Positions 8,040-19,374 of a DNA stretch of 56,926 bases are shown here, in pieces. A model generated the notes under the pieces. That model ran no database searches, had not been told where the DNA came from, and saw nothing but the letters and a program-made list of their open reading frames with translations. How positions within the stretch are numbered: position 1 is the first letter of the stretch; every line of letters starts with the position of its first letter. This stretch comes from an uncultured Devosia sp. (GTDB lineage Bacteria > Pseudomonadota > Alphaproteobacteria > Rhizobiales > Devosiaceae), in contig CBFGMY010000001.1 of NCBI GenBank assembly GCA_965650055.1, forward strand, positions 1 through 56,926, in the 5' to 3' direction. Both the position numbers and the translations under genes were made by a program.

Positions 8040-10919
8040 ATGGGTCTCATCAAGGAAATCGACTATGGCACGCCGGCCTCCAAAGCCGAGAAGTCCGTCT
8101 CGCTCTCGATTGATGGCTTCACGGTAAGCGTGCCCGAGGGCACGTCCGTGATGCGGGCGGCCATGGATGCCGGCATATCGGTGCCCAAGCTGTGCGCCAC
8201 TGATATGGTCGATGCCTTCGGCTCGTGCCGGCTGTGCCTCGTCGAGATCGATGGACGCAACGGCACGCCCGCTTCCTGCACGACCTTGGTGGCCGAGGGC
8301 ATGGTTGTCAGGACGCAGACCGACCGGCTCAAGACCCTGCGCAAGGGGGTGATGGAGCTTTACATCTCCGACCACCCGCTCGACTGCCTCACCTGCGCCG
8401 CGAACGGCGATTGCGAACTGCAAACCCAGGCCGGCGTCGTGGGATTGCGGGATGTGCGTTACGGCTACGAAGGTGACAACCACGTCTCGGCCACGCGCGG
8501 CGGCGAAAGCAATTTCCGCCATATGCCCAAGGACGAATCGAACCCGTACTTCACCTATGACCCTTCCAAGTGCATCGTCTGCTCCCGCTGTGTTCGCGCC
8601 TGCGAAGAGGTTCAGGGCACGTTCGCGCTGACAATCGAGGGCCGCGGCTTCGACAGCCGGGTCTCGCCCGGCATGCACCAGTCTTTCCTCGAAAGCGACT
8701 GCGTCTCCTGCGGCGCCTGCGTGCAGGCCTGCCCCACCGCGACGCTCACCGAGAAGTCGGTGATCGAAATCGGCCAGCCCGAGCATTCGGTCATCACCAC
8801 CTGCGCCTATTGCGGCGTGGGCTGCTCATTCAAGGCCGAGATGCGCGGCGACGAACTCGTCCGCATGGTGCCGTGGAAGGATGGCAAGGCCAATCGCGGG
8901 CATTCCTGCGTCAAGGGTCGGTTCGCCTGGGGCTACGCCACCCATCAGGACCGCATCCTCAATCCCATGGTTCGCGAGAAGATTTCGGACCCCTGGCGCG
9001 AGGTGAGCTGGGAAGAGGCCTTTGGCCATATTTCCAGCGAGTTCCGCCGTATCCAGCAGACCTATGGCAAGGGATCGGTGGGCGGCATCACCTCGTCGCG
9101 TTGCACCAATGAAGAGACCTATCTGGTGCAGAAGCTCGTCCGCCAGGGCTTCGGCAACAACAATGTCGATACCTGCGCCCGCGTCTGCCACTCGCCGACA
9201 GGTTACGGACTCGGGCAGGCTTTCGGGACCTCTGCCGGAACGCAGGATTTCGACTCGGTCGAGGATACCGACGTGGTGCTGGTCATCGGCGCCAACCCTG
9301 CCGCGGCTCACCCGGTCTTTGCGTCGAGGCTCAAGAAGCGCCTGCGCGCCGGCGCCAAGCTGATCGTCATCGACCCGCGCCGCACCGAGACCGTGCGCTC
9401 CGCCCATGTGGAAGCGGCCTACCATCTGGCACTCACACCCGGCACCAATGTCGCCGTGATGACCGCCCTTGCCCATGTGATTGTCACCGAAGGACTGTTC
9501 GACCAGTCCTTCATCCACGAGCGCTGCGATTGGTCGGAATTCGAGGATTATGCCGAATTCGTCTCCGATCAGCGTCACAGCCCGGAACAGACCGAGCAAT
9601 ATACCGGTGTCCCCGCCGAGATGGTGCGCCAGGCGGCCCGGCTGTTCGCGAGAGGCGGCAACGGTTCGATCTACTACGGACTGGGCGTCACCGAGCACAG
9701 CCAGGGATCGACGACGGTGATGGCGATCGCCAACCTTGCCATGCTGACCGGCAATATCGGCCGGCCCGGCGTTGGCGTGAACCCGTTGCGCGGGCAGAAC
9801 AACGTGCAGGGCTCGTGCGACATGGGCTCGTTCCCCCACGAATTGCCGGGCTACCGCCACGTTTCAGCCGACGCCGCGCGCGAAACCTTCGAAATGCTGT
9901 GGGGCGTCAAGCTCGACCGCGAGCCCGGCTTGCGCATTCCCAACATGCTCGACGCGGCCGTCGACGGTACCTTCAAGGCGCTCTACATCCAGGGTGAGGA
10001 CATCCTTCAGTCAGATCCCGATACCAAGCATGTCTCGGCGGGCCTCGAAGCGATGGAATGCGTCGTGGTCCACGACCTCTTCCTCAACGAAACCGCCAAC
10101 TACGCGCATGTTTTCCTCCCAGGTTCGACTTTCCTCGAGAAGGACGGCACCTTCACCAATGCCGAGCGCCGGATCAACCGGGTGCGCAAGGTCATGGCGC
10201 CGCGCAACGGGCTGGCTGACTGGGAGGTGACCCAGCGGATGGCCCAGGCGATGGGCCTCGAGTGGAGCTACACCCACCCCTCCCAGATCATGGCCGAAAT
10301 CGCCGCGACGACGCCGAGCTTCTCTGGCGTTTCCTACGAGCGCCTGGATGCCCTGGGGTCAGTCCAGTGGCCGTGCAATGAGGCCGCGCCCGAGGGCACG
10401 CCGATCATGCATATGGACGGCTTCGTCCGCGGCCGTGGCAAGTTCCTCCGCACCGAGTATGTGCCCACCGATGAGCGCACGGGACCACGCTTCCCGCTCC
10501 TGCTCACCACGGGTCGAATTCTGTCGCAGTACAATGTGGGCGCACAGACCCGCCGTACAGCCAATGTCGTCTGGCACGACGAGGACATCCTGGAAATCCA
10601 TCCGCACGATGCCGAGCAGCGCGGCGTGCGGGAAGGCAATTGGGTGCGCCTGGCCAGCCGTGCAGGCGAAACGACTCTCCGCGCGCATATTACCGACAAG
10701 GTGGCTCCGGGTGTCGTCTACACGACGTTCCATCATCCCGAGACGCAGGCCAATGTCATCACCACCGATTTTTCGGATTGGGCGACCAATTGCCCGGAAT
10801 ACAAGGTGACGGCGGTGCAGGTGGCGCCATCGAACGGGCCCTCCGATTGGCAGACGGAGTACGAAGCGCTCTCGATCCGTTCCCGCCGCATCGCCACGCC
10901 GGCGGAGCCTGCCGAATGA
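8040..10919 (+). CDS. fdsA: NAD-dependent formate dehydrogenase alpha subunit (Mo-bis-MGD, Cys ligand)
   Basis: N-terminal Fe-S clusters, CAYCGVGC, CARVCHSPT, LRGQNNVQG. Confidence 0.95.
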   Translation: MGLIKEIDYGTPASKAEKSVSLSIDGFTVSVPEGTSVMRAAMDAGISVPKLCATDMVDAFGSCRLCLVEIDGRNGTPASCTTLVAEGMVVRTQTDRLKTLRKGVMELYISDHPLDCLTCAANGDCELQTQAGVVGLRDVRYGYEGDNHVSATRGGESNFRHMPKDESNPYFTYDPSKCIVCSRCVRACEEVQGTFALTIEGRGFDSRVSPGMHQSFLESDCVSCGACVQACPTATLTEKSVIEIGQPEHSVITTCAYCGVGCSFKAEMRGDELVRMVPWKDGKANRGHSCVKGRFAWGYATHQDRILNPMVREKISDPWREVSWEEAFGHISSEFRRIQQTYGKGSVGGITSSRCTNEETYLVQKLVRQGFGNNNVDTCARVCHSPTGYGLGQAFGTSAGTQDFDSVEDTDVVLVIGANPAAAHPVFASRLKKRLRAGAKLIVIDPRRTETVRSAHVEAAYHLALTPGTNVAVMTALAHVIVTEGLFDQSFIHERCDWSEFEDYAEFVSDQRHSPEQTEQYTGVPAEMVRQAARLFARGGNGSIYYGLGVTEHSQGSTTVMAIANLAMLTGNIGRPGVGVNPLRGQNNVQGSCDMGSFPHELPGYRHVSADAARETFEMLWGVKLDREPGLRIPNMLDAAVDGTFKALYIQGEDILQSDPDTKHVSAGLEAMECVVVHDLFLNETANYAHVFLPGSTFLEKDGTFTNAERRINRVRKVMAPRNGLADWEVTQRMAQAMGLEWSYTHPSQIMAEIAATTPSFSGVSYERLDALGSVQWPCNEAAPEGTPIMHMDGFVRGRGKFLRTEYVPTDERTGPRFPLLLTTGRILSQYNVGAQTRRTANVVWHDEDILEIHPHDAEQRGVREGNWVRLASRAGETTLRAHITDKVAPGVVYTTFHHPETQANVITTDFSDWATNCPEYKVTAVQVAPSNGPSDWQTEYEALSIRSRRIATPAEPAE

Positions 10920-11749
10920 GCATGGCCGAGAGGCCTCCCGTCATCCAGTTCACCAGGCTAGCCCGCCGCGTGGCGGAGACGACATGGTCGGAGCGCCGCG
11001 TGCCCGAAGAGGTGCCGGTGGCCCTGTCATTTGCCGGGACGACCCATGCGGTCATGATGGCGAGCCCCTCCGACCTCGAGGATTTTGCGCTTGGTTTCGC
11101 GCTGACCGAAGGCATCATCGGTGCTCCCGACGAGATCGAGCGGATGCATGTGGAGCATCTGGAGTCCGGGATCGATATCCAGATGTGGTTGCGCGACACT
11201 GCCAATACCCGCTTCAAGGCGCGACGCAGGCGGTTGGCCGGGCCCGTCGGCTGTGGCCTCTGCGGCATTGAATCGATCGAGGAAGCCGTTCGGCCCGTTG
11301 CGAAAGTCCCTGCCGGGTCGTTCACTCTCTCGGTGAACGACGTCGGCGAAGCAATGCGCCTGTTGGCCAAGGACCAACCTTTCCACGCCCAGACCGGCGC
11401 CGTACACGCCGCCGGCTTTTTCAGGCCGGGCCACGGTATTGCCTTTGTCCGGGAAGACGTGGGGCGTCACAATGCCCTCGACAAGCTGGCCGGGGCTTTG
11501 TCGAAGGCCGGAATTGCCGGGGCAACGGGAGCGATCGCGGTGACGTCGCGGCTTTCGGTCGAGATGGTGCAAAAGGCAGCAGCCATCGGCGCGCCCGCCA
11601 TCCTGGCGGTTTCCGCCCCCACTGCCCTGGCCATCCGCACCGCCGAGGAGGCAGGAATGACCTTGATAGCCCTGGTGAGAGGCGAAGAATTCGACGTTTT
11701 TGCGCACCCCGAACGGCTCAATGCCGGAGACGACAAGCATGTCGCATGA
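10916..11749 (+). CDS. fdhD: formate dehydrogenase sulfurtransferase FdhD/FdsC
   Basis: PEEVPVAL, GCGLCG, TGAVHAA, REDVGRHNALDKL. Start placed at ATG 10916 (ATGA overlap with fdsA) rather than 10640. Confidence 0.9.
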   Translation: MSMAERPPVIQFTRLARRVAETTWSERRVPEEVPVALSFAGTTHAVMMASPSDLEDFALGFALTEGIIGAPDEIERMHVEHLESGIDIQMWLRDTANTRFKARRRRLAGPVGCGLCGIESIEEAVRPVAKVPAGSFTLSVNDVGEAMRLLAKDQPFHAQTGAVHAAGFFRPGHGIAFVREDVGRHNALDKLAGALSKAGIAGATGAIAVTSRLSVEMVQKAAAIGAPAILAVSAPTALAIRTAEEAGMTLIALVRGEEFDVFAHPERLNAGDDKHVA

Positions 11750-11996
11750 TGACCAAACAGCATTGAAGCTGGTACGCATGGCCAACCAGATCGGCACGTT
11801 CTTCAGCTCGCAATCGGGGCCGGCTGGGGCAGCCAGTGTGGCGGACCACATCAACAAGTTCTGGGAACCGCGGATGCGCCGGCAGTTCCTGCACCTCTTC
11901 GATGCGGGCGGTGAGGGCTTCAGCCCCATCGTCCGCGAGGCGGCCGCGGCGGTGCGACGACCCGATCCCGTCGATGCGAACGGCCAGTCGACTTGA
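11739..11996 (+). CDS. fdsD: formate dehydrogenase delta subunit
   Basis: KLVRMANQIGTFF, VADHINKFWEPRMR. Confidence 0.88.
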   Translation: MSHDDQTALKLVRMANQIGTFFSSQSGPAGAASVADHINKFWEPRMRRQFLHLFDAGGEGFSPIVREAAAAVRRPDPVDANGQST

Positions 11997-12043
11997 CGGT
12001 CCCCCGCAAAGCGTGGTGAACCCAAGGCCGGGGGAAAGTCGCC

Positions 12044-12952
12044 ATGCTGCTTGAACGACTGGAACTTTTCATTGCCCTTGCGCGCGAGCGGCATTTCGGC
12101 CGAGCGGCTGAAGCCTGTGGCATCACCCAGCCTACGCTGTCATCGGCCATCAAGCAGCTGGAGTCCTCGCTTGGGATCATGCTGGTCAAGCGCGGCTCGC
12201 GGTTCGGCGGGCTCACGCCCGAGGGCGAGCTGGTGCTCGGCTGGGCGCAACGCATCGTGGGGGATGCGGTGGCCATGCGCGAAGAGGTCAGGGCCTCCCG
12301 CCGCGGATTGTCCGGCCGTATTCGTATCGCCGTCATTCCCACCGCGCTGGCGATGGTCGCCGAGCTGACCACGCCATTTCGCGAAAAGCATCCCGGCGTG
12401 ACTTTCTCGATCCTGTCGCGGACCTCGGTGGAAATCCTGTCGCTCGTTGGCAATTTCGATGCCGATATCGGCATCACCTACCTGGACAACGAACCGCTCG
12501 GTCGCGTCATCTCGGTTCCGCTGTACCTGGAGCAATATCACCTGGTCACGTCGGAAGGCGGCCCCTTCGCCGATGCCGAGCAGGTCAGCTGGGCCGAGCT
12601 CGTCAACCTGCCGCTGTGCCTGCTCACGCCCGATATGCAGAACCGACGGATCATCGACCAGCACCTTGCCGAAGCCGGCGCCACGGCACGGCCGACGCTC
12701 GAATCCAATTCGATGATCGTGCTGTTTTCCCACATCGTGACCGGCAAGTGGTCGTCGATCATGCCGGGCAACCTCGTGCGGGCATTCGATCTATCGAAAA
12801 CCATCCGCACGATACCGATCGTCGAACCGGTTGCGAACCACATCGTGGGCGTGGTTGCGGCCCATAGAGATCCCCATACGCCGCTGGTCGCCGCATTCCT
12901 CAGCGAGACAATCAAGCTCAACGACTTTCGCCGGTCTGGGGAGCAGGCTTAG
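12044..12952 (+). CDS. LysR-family regulator (FdsR-like)
   Basis: HFGRAAEACGITQPTLSSAIKQLE HTH; directly downstream of the fds genes. Confidence 0.9.
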   Translation: MLLERLELFIALARERHFGRAAEACGITQPTLSSAIKQLESSLGIMLVKRGSRFGGLTPEGELVLGWAQRIVGDAVAMREEVRASRRGLSGRIRIAVIPTALAMVAELTTPFREKHPGVTFSILSRTSVEILSLVGNFDADIGITYLDNEPLGRVISVPLYLEQYHLVTSEGGPFADAEQVSWAELVNLPLCLLTPDMQNRRIIDQHLAEAGATARPTLESNSMIVLFSHIVTGKWSSIMPGNLVRAFDLSKTIRTIPIVEPVANHIVGVVAAHRDPHTPLVAAFLSETIKLNDFRRSGEQA

Positions 12953-13001
12953 GTCCGTCTTTGCGCGTGCCGCCTGCCCCGCCACGACGTCCCCCAAACA
13001 A

Positions 13002-13026
13002 ATCGAGGGCCGATACGGCCCTCGAT
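13002..13026. terminator. hairpin between the convergent LysR and dehydrogenase genes
   Basis: ATCGAGGGCCG-ATA-CGGCCCTCGAT; followed by TTGTTT on the minus strand. Confidence 0.6.
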
Positions 13027-13048
13027 CGTCGCTAAAGCCCAGCCAGCC

Positions 13049-15610
13049 TCAAGTTCGTGGCTTGAGGTTTTCCGGATCGTAAAGTGGCTTGTAACCGACG
13101 CCGGCGACCTCGGCTGGATAGGTTTCACCGAAATATTCCAGCGTCACCTGGCGGCCGACCTGGCAATGGCTCCAGGGCAGATAGGCCAGCGCGATATTCT
13201 TGCCGATGGTGGGGCCATAGGCCACCGAGGTGGTGTAGGACCGGCGTCCCAATTCATCGACCAGCGTCTCGCCCGTCGCCGGGTCCATCACCGGCATGAT
13301 GCCGACGGGGTAGCGGGCGACGCCCTTGCTGTCGATATTGTCGGTCATGACCAGCGTGCACAGCATGGCGGGCTGGTGCTCGCGCTCGCGGTATTCGACA
13401 TGCTTGGCCTTGCCGCAGAAGTCGGCTTCCTTGACCTTCGGACGGGCCAGGTCGGCTTCGAGCAGGTTATACTCCGTCAACAGGTCCGCATTCTGCAGGC
13501 GCAGGCTCTTTTCCATGCGACGGGTATTGGCATAGGTCTCGACGCCCACGGCGATGACGCCGGTCGAGCGCAGGGCATCCCAAACCGCCAGGCCGTCTTC
13601 ATAGGCCATATGCAGTTCCCAGCCCTGCTCGCCGACATAGGAGATGCGGAAGGCCGTGACCGACTTGCCGGCAATGGTGAGGGGCCTGATGGCGGCGAAG
13701 GGGAAGTTCTCGGCCAGCAGGACCGAGGGGTCTTCCACCAGCTTGCTGAGATTTTCCCGCGCATTGGGGCCCCAGATGCCGACGGTGATGTTCTTTTCGG
13801 TCACATCGGTAATGGTGGCGTCGAAACCGCGATCCTGGGCGACACGGCGCATATATTGCAGGTCGCGCGGACCGGCATCGGCACCGTTGATCATGCGGAT
13901 GCGGTCAGCCATGCGGATGACGGTGAAGTCGGCCCGCACCATGCCCTGCTCGTCGAGGAAGTGGGTATAGATGCCCTTGCCGATATTGGCATCGCCGCCA
14001 ATCTTGGCCGCGCAGAGCCATTCCATCAGCTCGACGTGGTCGGGGCCTTCGATGTCGCAGATGTAGAAGTGCGACAGGTTGATGATGCCGCAATTCTCGG
14101 TCATTTCGAGATGCTCGGCATTGGACACGCGCCAGAAATGGCGGTTGTCCCATTCATTGGCGCGCACCGGCACGCGGTCGCCGAACTTTTCGAGCAGGTG
14201 CTCGTTGGCGGCATAACCGTGAGCGCGTTCCCAGCCGCCCAGTTCCATGAAATAGCCGCCCAGTTCCTTCTCGCGCTCGTGGAAGGGCGAGCGGCGGATG
14301 TTTCGACCGCCCGAGAACGGCTCGCGCGGATGCACCGGCGGATTGTAGATCTTCATCGCCGTTTCGGTGCAGCGCTCTTCGATCCATTTCTCGGTGAGCT
14401 GGAAATCGGCGAAGCGCGCATAGTCGATCTTGTTGTGGTCGATCGAGGTTCGACCATCGGTCATCCAGTCGGCGATGAGCTTGCCCATGCCCGGACCGTC
14501 CTTGACCCAGATGCCCACGGCATACCAGAGGCCGCGCACCTTGCGGCTTTCGCCCATGGACGGGCCGCCATCGGTGGTGGTCTGCAGCAGGCCATTGAAG
14601 GAGTGCCCTTCGTTATAGCCCAGTTCGCCGAGGATCGGCGTCAGCTCCATGGCGCGTTCGAGCGGCTCCATGACCTGCTCGAGGTCGAGGTCGCGCTGCG
14701 ATGGCGACAGGCGGGCCTGCTCCTTTTCCAGGAGTTCGCGCGGATGCACGAGGCGCGGATTGTGCTCCTCGTAATAGCCCCACTCGATCTGGCCACCCTC
14801 GGCGGTCGTCGGATCGCCCGTGTCGCGCAGATAGGCCGAATTGCCCTGGTCGCGCAGCAGCGGATAGCCGATTTCCTTGCCGGTATCGGCGAAGCCGTCA
14901 TACGGACCGAAAAAGGTCAGCGGGTGATCGACCGGCATGACGGGCAGGTCCTCGCCCGCCATTTCGGCGACCAGGCGGCCCCACAAGCCGGCACAGACCA
15001 CGACATGGTCGGCCATGATGGTGCCGCGGTCGGTCACCACGCCCTTGATGCGGCCATCCTCGATGACCAGCGACTTAGCAGAGGTATTGGCGAAAGCCTG
15101 AAGCTTGCCTGCCGTTGCGGCCTGGTCCACCAGCTTGCCGGCGACGGTCTGCGAGCGCGGAATGACGAGGCCGGCATCGGGGTCCCATAGGCCGCCCTGG
15201 ATCATGCTCTCCTCGACCAGCGGCATCTTCGCCTTGATCTCGGCCGGGTCCATCAGCCGGGCGCGGGTACCGAATGCCTTGCCCGAGGCAACTTTGCGCT
15301 TGATCTCGTCCATGCGCTGGTCATCGCCCACGCGCGCGACTTCGATACCGCCGACGCGGGCGTAGTGGCCCATCTTGTCGAAGAAATCGATGGAATAAAG
15401 CGTCGTCCAGCAGCTCAGAAAGTCGTGGCTGGTCGCGTAGCAGAAGTCCGAGGCATGGGCGGTGGAGCCGATATCGGTGGGGATGCCCGACTTGTCGATA
15501 CCCACGATGTCGTCCCAGCCGCGTTCGACCAGGTGGTGCGCGATCGAGGCACCCACAATCCCGCCCAGTCCGACGATGACGACCCGCGCCTTTTCGGGAA
15601 ACGCTGCCAT
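13049..15610 (-). CDS. FAD/THF-dependent dimethylglycine dehydrogenase-like protein (DAO + GcvT domains)
   Basis: N-terminal dinucleotide fold VVIVGLGGIVG, GSTAHAS (flavinylation-type His), C-terminal GcvT domain (RISYVGEQGWEL, RMEKSLR); operonic with etf, purU and folD. Confidence 0.85.
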   Translation of the reverse strand: MAAFPEKARVVIVGLGGIVGASIAHHLVERGWDDIVGIDKSGIPTDIGSTAHASDFCYATSHDFLSCWTTLYSIDFFDKMGHYARVGGIEVARVGDDQRMDEIKRKVASGKAFGTRARLMDPAEIKAKMPLVEESMIQGGLWDPDAGLVIPRSQTVAGKLVDQAATAGKLQAFANTSAKSLVIEDGRIKGVVTDRGTIMADHVVVCAGLWGRLVAEMAGEDLPVMPVDHPLTFFGPYDGFADTGKEIGYPLLRDQGNSAYLRDTGDPTTAEGGQIEWGYYEEHNPRLVHPRELLEKEQARLSPSQRDLDLEQVMEPLERAMELTPILGELGYNEGHSFNGLLQTTTDGGPSMGESRKVRGLWYAVGIWVKDGPGMGKLIADWMTDGRTSIDHNKIDYARFADFQLTEKWIEERCTETAMKIYNPPVHPREPFSGGRNIRRSPFHEREKELGGYFMELGGWERAHGYAANEHLLEKFGDRVPVRANEWDNRHFWRVSNAEHLEMTENCGIINLSHFYICDIEGPDHVELMEWLCAAKIGGDANIGKGIYTHFLDEQGMVRADFTVIRMADRIRMINGADAGPRDLQYMRRVAQDRGFDATITDVTEKNITVGIWGPNARENLSKLVEDPSVLLAENFPFAAIRPLTIAGKSVTAFRISYVGEQGWELHMAYEDGLAVWDALRSTGVIAVGVETYANTRRMEKSLRLQNADLLTEYNLLEADLARPKVKEADFCGKAKHVEYREREHQPAMLCTLVMTDNIDSKGVARYPVGIMPVMDPATGETLVDELGRRSYTTSVAYGPTIGKNIALAYLPWSHCQVGRQVTLEYFGETYPAEVAGVGYKPLYDPENLKPRT

Positions 15611-15686
15611 TTTGATCTTTCTCCGTTGTGGGCGAAGTCGAATTCGGCCTGCCCCGTCTTCGCCGGACGGGTGCGGGCCAGGATAT

Positions 15687-16571
15687 TTACCAGAGTTGGG
15701 GGACAGGCAGGCCCCGCCGCATATGCGCGGCGAGCAAAGTGTTGTGCATAAGGCTCATGATGGTCATCGGGCCAACACCACCCGGCACGGGCGTGATGGC
15801 ACCAGCATTGACCGACGCGGCGGCGAATTCAACATCGCCCACCAGCGCCTTCTTGTCGCCCCGCATGACGCGGCTGGTGCCCACGTCGATCACGGTGGCA
15901 CCGGGCTTGATCCACTCGCCCTTGATCATCTCCGCCTGACCCACGGCGGCCACGACGATATCGGCCTGCCGCACCTTGCCGGCGAGGTCGCGCGTGCGCG
16001 AATGGGCGATGGTGACCGTGCAGTTCTGGGCGAGCAGCAATTGCGCCATCGGCTTGCCGACCAGGATCGATCGACCCACGACAATGGCATCGAGACCCGA
16101 CAGATTGCCCAGCGCCGACTTGAGCAGCATCAGGCAGCCAAGCGGCGTGCAGGATACCAGCCCGGGCAGACCGGATGCCAACCGGCCGGCGCTCGATGGA
16201 TGCAGGCCGTCGACATCCTTGGCCGGATCGATGGCCTCGATGACCTCAAGGGAATCCAGATGCCCCGGCAGCGGCAGCTGCACGAGGATGCCGTCCACGG
16301 CGTCATCTGCATTGAGCGCGGCGATCAGGGCCAGCAGATCATCCTGGCTGACCTCGGCCGGCAGCACATGTTCGAAGCTGGCCATGCCCAGCTGACGGGC
16401 CATCTTGCCCTTGCTGCGGACATAGATCTCGCTGGCGGGATCGGTGCCGACGAGCACGACGGCCAGCCCGGGCACCTGCCCAGACCGCTGCGTCAGCTCA
16501 GGAATGCAGCCGGTGATCTTTTCACCCAGGCTGCCCGCATATGCCTTGCCGTCGATAATCCGAGCACTCAT
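15687..16571 (-). CDS. folD: methylenetetrahydrofolate dehydrogenase/cyclohydrolase
   Basis: [41 protein letters not shown]. Confidence 0.95.
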   Translation of the reverse strand: MSARIIDGKAYAGSLGEKITGCIPELTQRSGQVPGLAVVLVGTDPASEIYVRSKGKMARQLGMASFEHVLPAEVSQDDLLALIAALNADDAVDGILVQLPLPGHLDSLEVIEAIDPAKDVDGLHPSSAGRLASGLPGLVSCTPLGCLMLLKSALGNLSGLDAIVVGRSILVGKPMAQLLLAQNCTVTIAHSRTRDLAGKVRQADIVVAAVGQAEMIKGEWIKPGATVIDVGTSRVMRGDKKALVGDVEFAAASVNAGAITPVPGGVGPMTIMSLMHNTLLAAHMRRGLPVPQLW

Positions 16572-16600
16572 CTGGCCACCAGAGACATCGGGTTGTTGGT

Positions 16601-16622
16601 GGGGTGCCGTCACCGGCACCCC
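16601..16622. other. intra-operon stem-loop between purU and folD
   Basis: GGGGTGCCG-TCAC-CGGCACCCC perfect 9-bp stem with no U tract. Confidence 0.5.
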
Positions 16623-16629
16623 TTGCGGA

Positions 16630-17487
16630 TCAGTTCGTGAACACGACTGTTCGGTGGTGGTTGAGCATGACCCGGCCTTCCAGGTGATACTTGACCGCGC
16701 GGGCCAGCACCCGGGACTCGATATCGCGGCCGGTGGCGACGAAATCTTCCGATGTCATGGCATGGCTGACGCGTTCGGTTTCCTGCTCGATAATCGGGCC
16801 TTCGTCGAGGTCCGCGGTCACGTAGTGGCCGGTCGCGCCGATCAGCTTCACGCCACGCTCATGCGCCTGGTGATAAGGCTTGGCGCCCTTGAAGCTCGGC
16901 AGGAACGAGTGATGGATGTTGATGACCATGCCGTAGAGGCGGTTGGACAATTCATTGGAGAGGACCTGCATATAGCGGGCCAGCACGACGAGCTCCGAGC
17001 CGGTTTCCTTGACCAGTTCGATCAACTGCTCTTCGCGTTCGGTCTTGTTGTCCTTGTTCATCGGCCAATAGTAGAACGGAATGCCTTCCTGCTCCGCCGT
17101 GCGCCGCGAATCCTCGTGGTTGGAGACGATGCCGGCGACCTCCGCATTCAGCCAACCGACCTTGATCTGGTAGAGCAGGTGCAGCAGGCCGTGGTCGAAC
17201 TTGGAGACCATGATGATGATCTTGGGCCGGCGCGACAGATCTTCGAGCTTGAGCTTCATGTCGAAGCGATCGATGGCGGGCTTGAGCGCCAGGTCGAGCA
17301 TTTCCCTGGTGGTCGTTGCCGGCACCGCGAAGGCGATGCGGATGAACAGCTGATTGGTCTGTCGGTCGCAGAACTGGTTGGATTCGAGAATATTTGCGCC
17401 GCGCGCGGCCAGCGCGGTTGTCAGCGCCGCGACGATGCCGGGCTGGTCGAGGCAGCTCAGCTTGAGGATGAACTTGTTCTCGGTCAT
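16630..17487 (-). CDS. purU: formyltetrahydrofolate deformylase
   Basis: N-terminal ACT domain, [36 protein letters not shown]. Confidence 0.95.
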   Translation of the reverse strand: MTENKFILKLSCLDQPGIVAALTTALAARGANILESNQFCDRQTNQLFIRIAFAVPATTTREMLDLALKPAIDRFDMKLKLEDLSRRPKIIIMVSKFDHGLLHLLYQIKVGWLNAEVAGIVSNHEDSRRTAEQEGIPFYYWPMNKDNKTEREEQLIELVKETGSELVVLARYMQVLSNELSNRLYGMVINIHHSFLPSFKGAKPYHQAHERGVKLIGATGHYVTADLDEGPIIEQETERVSHAMTSEDFVATGRDIESRVLARAVKYHLEGRVMLNHHRTVVFTN

Positions 17488-17518
17488 CTTGATGTCTCGA
17501 TTGAGTTGGAGCGCGCCC

Positions 17519-18448
17519 TTAGAGCTGCCGCTCGAGTTCCGGGATCAGTTCGAAAAGGTCGCCCACCAGGCCATAGTCGGCGATCTGGAAGATCGGGGCG
17601 TCCTCGTCCTTGTTGATGGCGACGATCACCTTGGCTTCCTTCATGCCCGCCAGGTGCTGGATGGCGCCTGAGATGCCGATGGCGATGTAGAGGTCGGGCG
17701 CCACGATCTTGCCGGTCTGGCCGACCTGCCAGTCGTTGGGTGCGTAGCCGGCATCCACCGCCGCGCGCGATGCGCCCACTGCCGCACCGAGCTTGTCGGC
17801 CACGGGCAGGATGATCTCGCGGAATTTCTCCAGCGACCCCAGGGCACGACCGCCCGAGATGACCACGCGCGCCGAACCGAGTTCGGGACGCTCGCTCTTG
17901 GCCATGCGGTTTTCGAGGAACACGGAGAGCCCGCGATCGGCGGTGGCGGTGAGGGCCTCGATAGGCGCCCCTGCCCCGGCGGTGGCTGGCGCGAAGCCGG
18001 CGGTGCGCACGGTGATGACCTTCTTGGCGTCGGTCGACTGCACGGTCTGGATGGCGTTGCCGGCATAGATCGGACGCTTGAAGGTGTCTGATGAGACAAC
18101 CTCGACGATCTCGGAAACCTGCATCACGTCGAGCAGCGCGGCGACGCGCGGAAAGACATTCTTGCCCGTCGTCGTCGCCGCCGCAACGAACACGTCATAG
18201 CCTGCGGCGATGGAGACGATAAGGTCGGCCAACGGCTCGGCCAGCTGGTTTGCCAGGGCGTCGCTCTCGGCGAGCAGCACCTTGCGCACACCACCAAGAC
18301 CGGCGGCGGCAGTCGCAGCGCCCTGTGCGCCCTTGCCGGCGACAAGGATGTCGATGTCGCCACCGATCCTGGCGGCGGCTGTCAGCGCGCGCGCCGTCAG
18401 CTCGGAAATCGTCGCATTATCGTGTTCGGCGAGAAGAAGAATTGCCAT
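17519..18448 (-). CDS. etfA: electron transfer flavoprotein alpha subunit
   Basis: [37 protein letters not shown]. Confidence 0.95.
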   Translation of the reverse strand: MAILLLAEHDNATISELTARALTAAARIGGDIDILVAGKGAQGAATAAAGLGGVRKVLLAESDALANQLAEPLADLIVSIAAGYDVFVAAATTTGKNVFPRVAALLDVMQVSEIVEVVSSDTFKRPIYAGNAIQTVQSTDAKKVITVRTAGFAPATAGAGAPIEALTATADRGLSVFLENRMAKSERPELGSARVVISGGRALGSLEKFREIILPVADKLGAAVGASRAAVDAGYAPNDWQVGQTGKIVAPDLYIAIGISGAIQHLAGMKEAKVIVAINKDEDAPIFQIADYGLVGDLFELIPELERQL

Positions 18449-18466
18449 TTTTGTGTCCTCGCTGGA

Positions 18467-19216
18467 TCAGATGACGCGGGCTTCGTTGCGCAGCTTGTCG
18501 ACCAGTTCGGCGACGCTGGCGACCTTGATGCCGGCCTTGCGCGTGCCCGGCTCTTCGGTCTTGAGCACTTTGAGGCGCGGCTCGACCGACACGCCGTAGT
18601 CGGCAGCGGTCTTTTCCTCGAGCGGCTTCTTCTTGGCCTTCATGATGTTGGGCAGCGAGGCGAAGCGCGGCTCGTTGAGACGCAGATCGGCGGTGACGAT
18701 GGTGGGCAGCTTGACTTCGATCGACTGCAGGCCGCCATCGACTTCGCGCAGCACCACGGCCTTGTCGTCGCCGAGCTCGATTTTGGAAGCGAAGGTGGCC
18801 TGCGACCAGCCCAGCAGCGCCGAAAGCATCTGCCCGGTCTGGTTGGCGTCATCGTCGATCGCCTGCTTGCCCAGGATCACCAGCCGCGGCGCTTCTGCCT
18901 CGACCACGCCCTTGAGGAGCTTTGCGACGGTCAGCGGCTCGACCACGCCTTCGACATTGATCAGGATGCCGCGGTCGGCGCCCATGGCCAGGGCGGTGCG
19001 CAGGGTATCCTGGGCCTGTGCGGGCCCAATGGACACCACGACGATCTCGGTAACCTTGCCAGCCTCTTTCAGTCGAATGGCTTCCTCGACGGCGATTTCG
19101 TCAAAGGGGTTCATCGACATCTTGACGTTGGCCAGATCGACACCCGAACCGTCGGCTTTGACGCGGATCTTCACGTTGAAGTCGACCACGCGTTTTACAG
19201 GCACCAGAACTTTCAT
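18467..19216 (-). CDS. etfB: electron transfer flavoprotein beta subunit
   Basis: [33 protein letters not shown]; start placed at ATG 19216. Confidence 0.95.
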   Translation of the reverse strand: MKVLVPVKRVVDFNVKIRVKADGSGVDLANVKMSMNPFDEIAVEEAIRLKEAGKVTEIVVVSIGPAQAQDTLRTALAMGADRGILINVEGVVEPLTVAKLLKGVVEAEAPRLVILGKQAIDDDANQTGQMLSALLGWSQATFASKIELGDDKAVVLREVDGGLQSIEVKLPTIVTADLRLNEPRFASLPNIMKAKKKPLEEKTAADYGVSVEPRLKVLKTEEPGTRKAGIKVASVAELVDKLRNEARVI

Positions 19217-19279
19217 CTTCAATCCATTCCAAACCGGACCGACGGGCCATTTGAGCGAGCCCCTGCATCTTGCACGGAG

Positions 19280-19323
19280 CATTGCGACAATATTGGCCTC
19301 TTGCACAGAACGTTTGCGTCAAA
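19280..19323 (-). promoter_or_regulatory. conserved regulatory element upstream of etfB (copy 1)
   Basis: Minus strand TTTGACGCAAACGTTCTGTGCAAGAGGCCAATATTGTCGCAATG, nearly identical to 20501-20543. Confidence 0.7.
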
Positions 19324-19374
19324 TTTGGATTAGCGATACGACACTGCACGGGAGAACTGCAGCAAGGGGATGCA

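Noticed and set aside
8040..10919. Selenocysteine recoding in formate dehydrogenase
   Set aside because: The active site is Cys (CARVCH) and the frame has no internal TGA.
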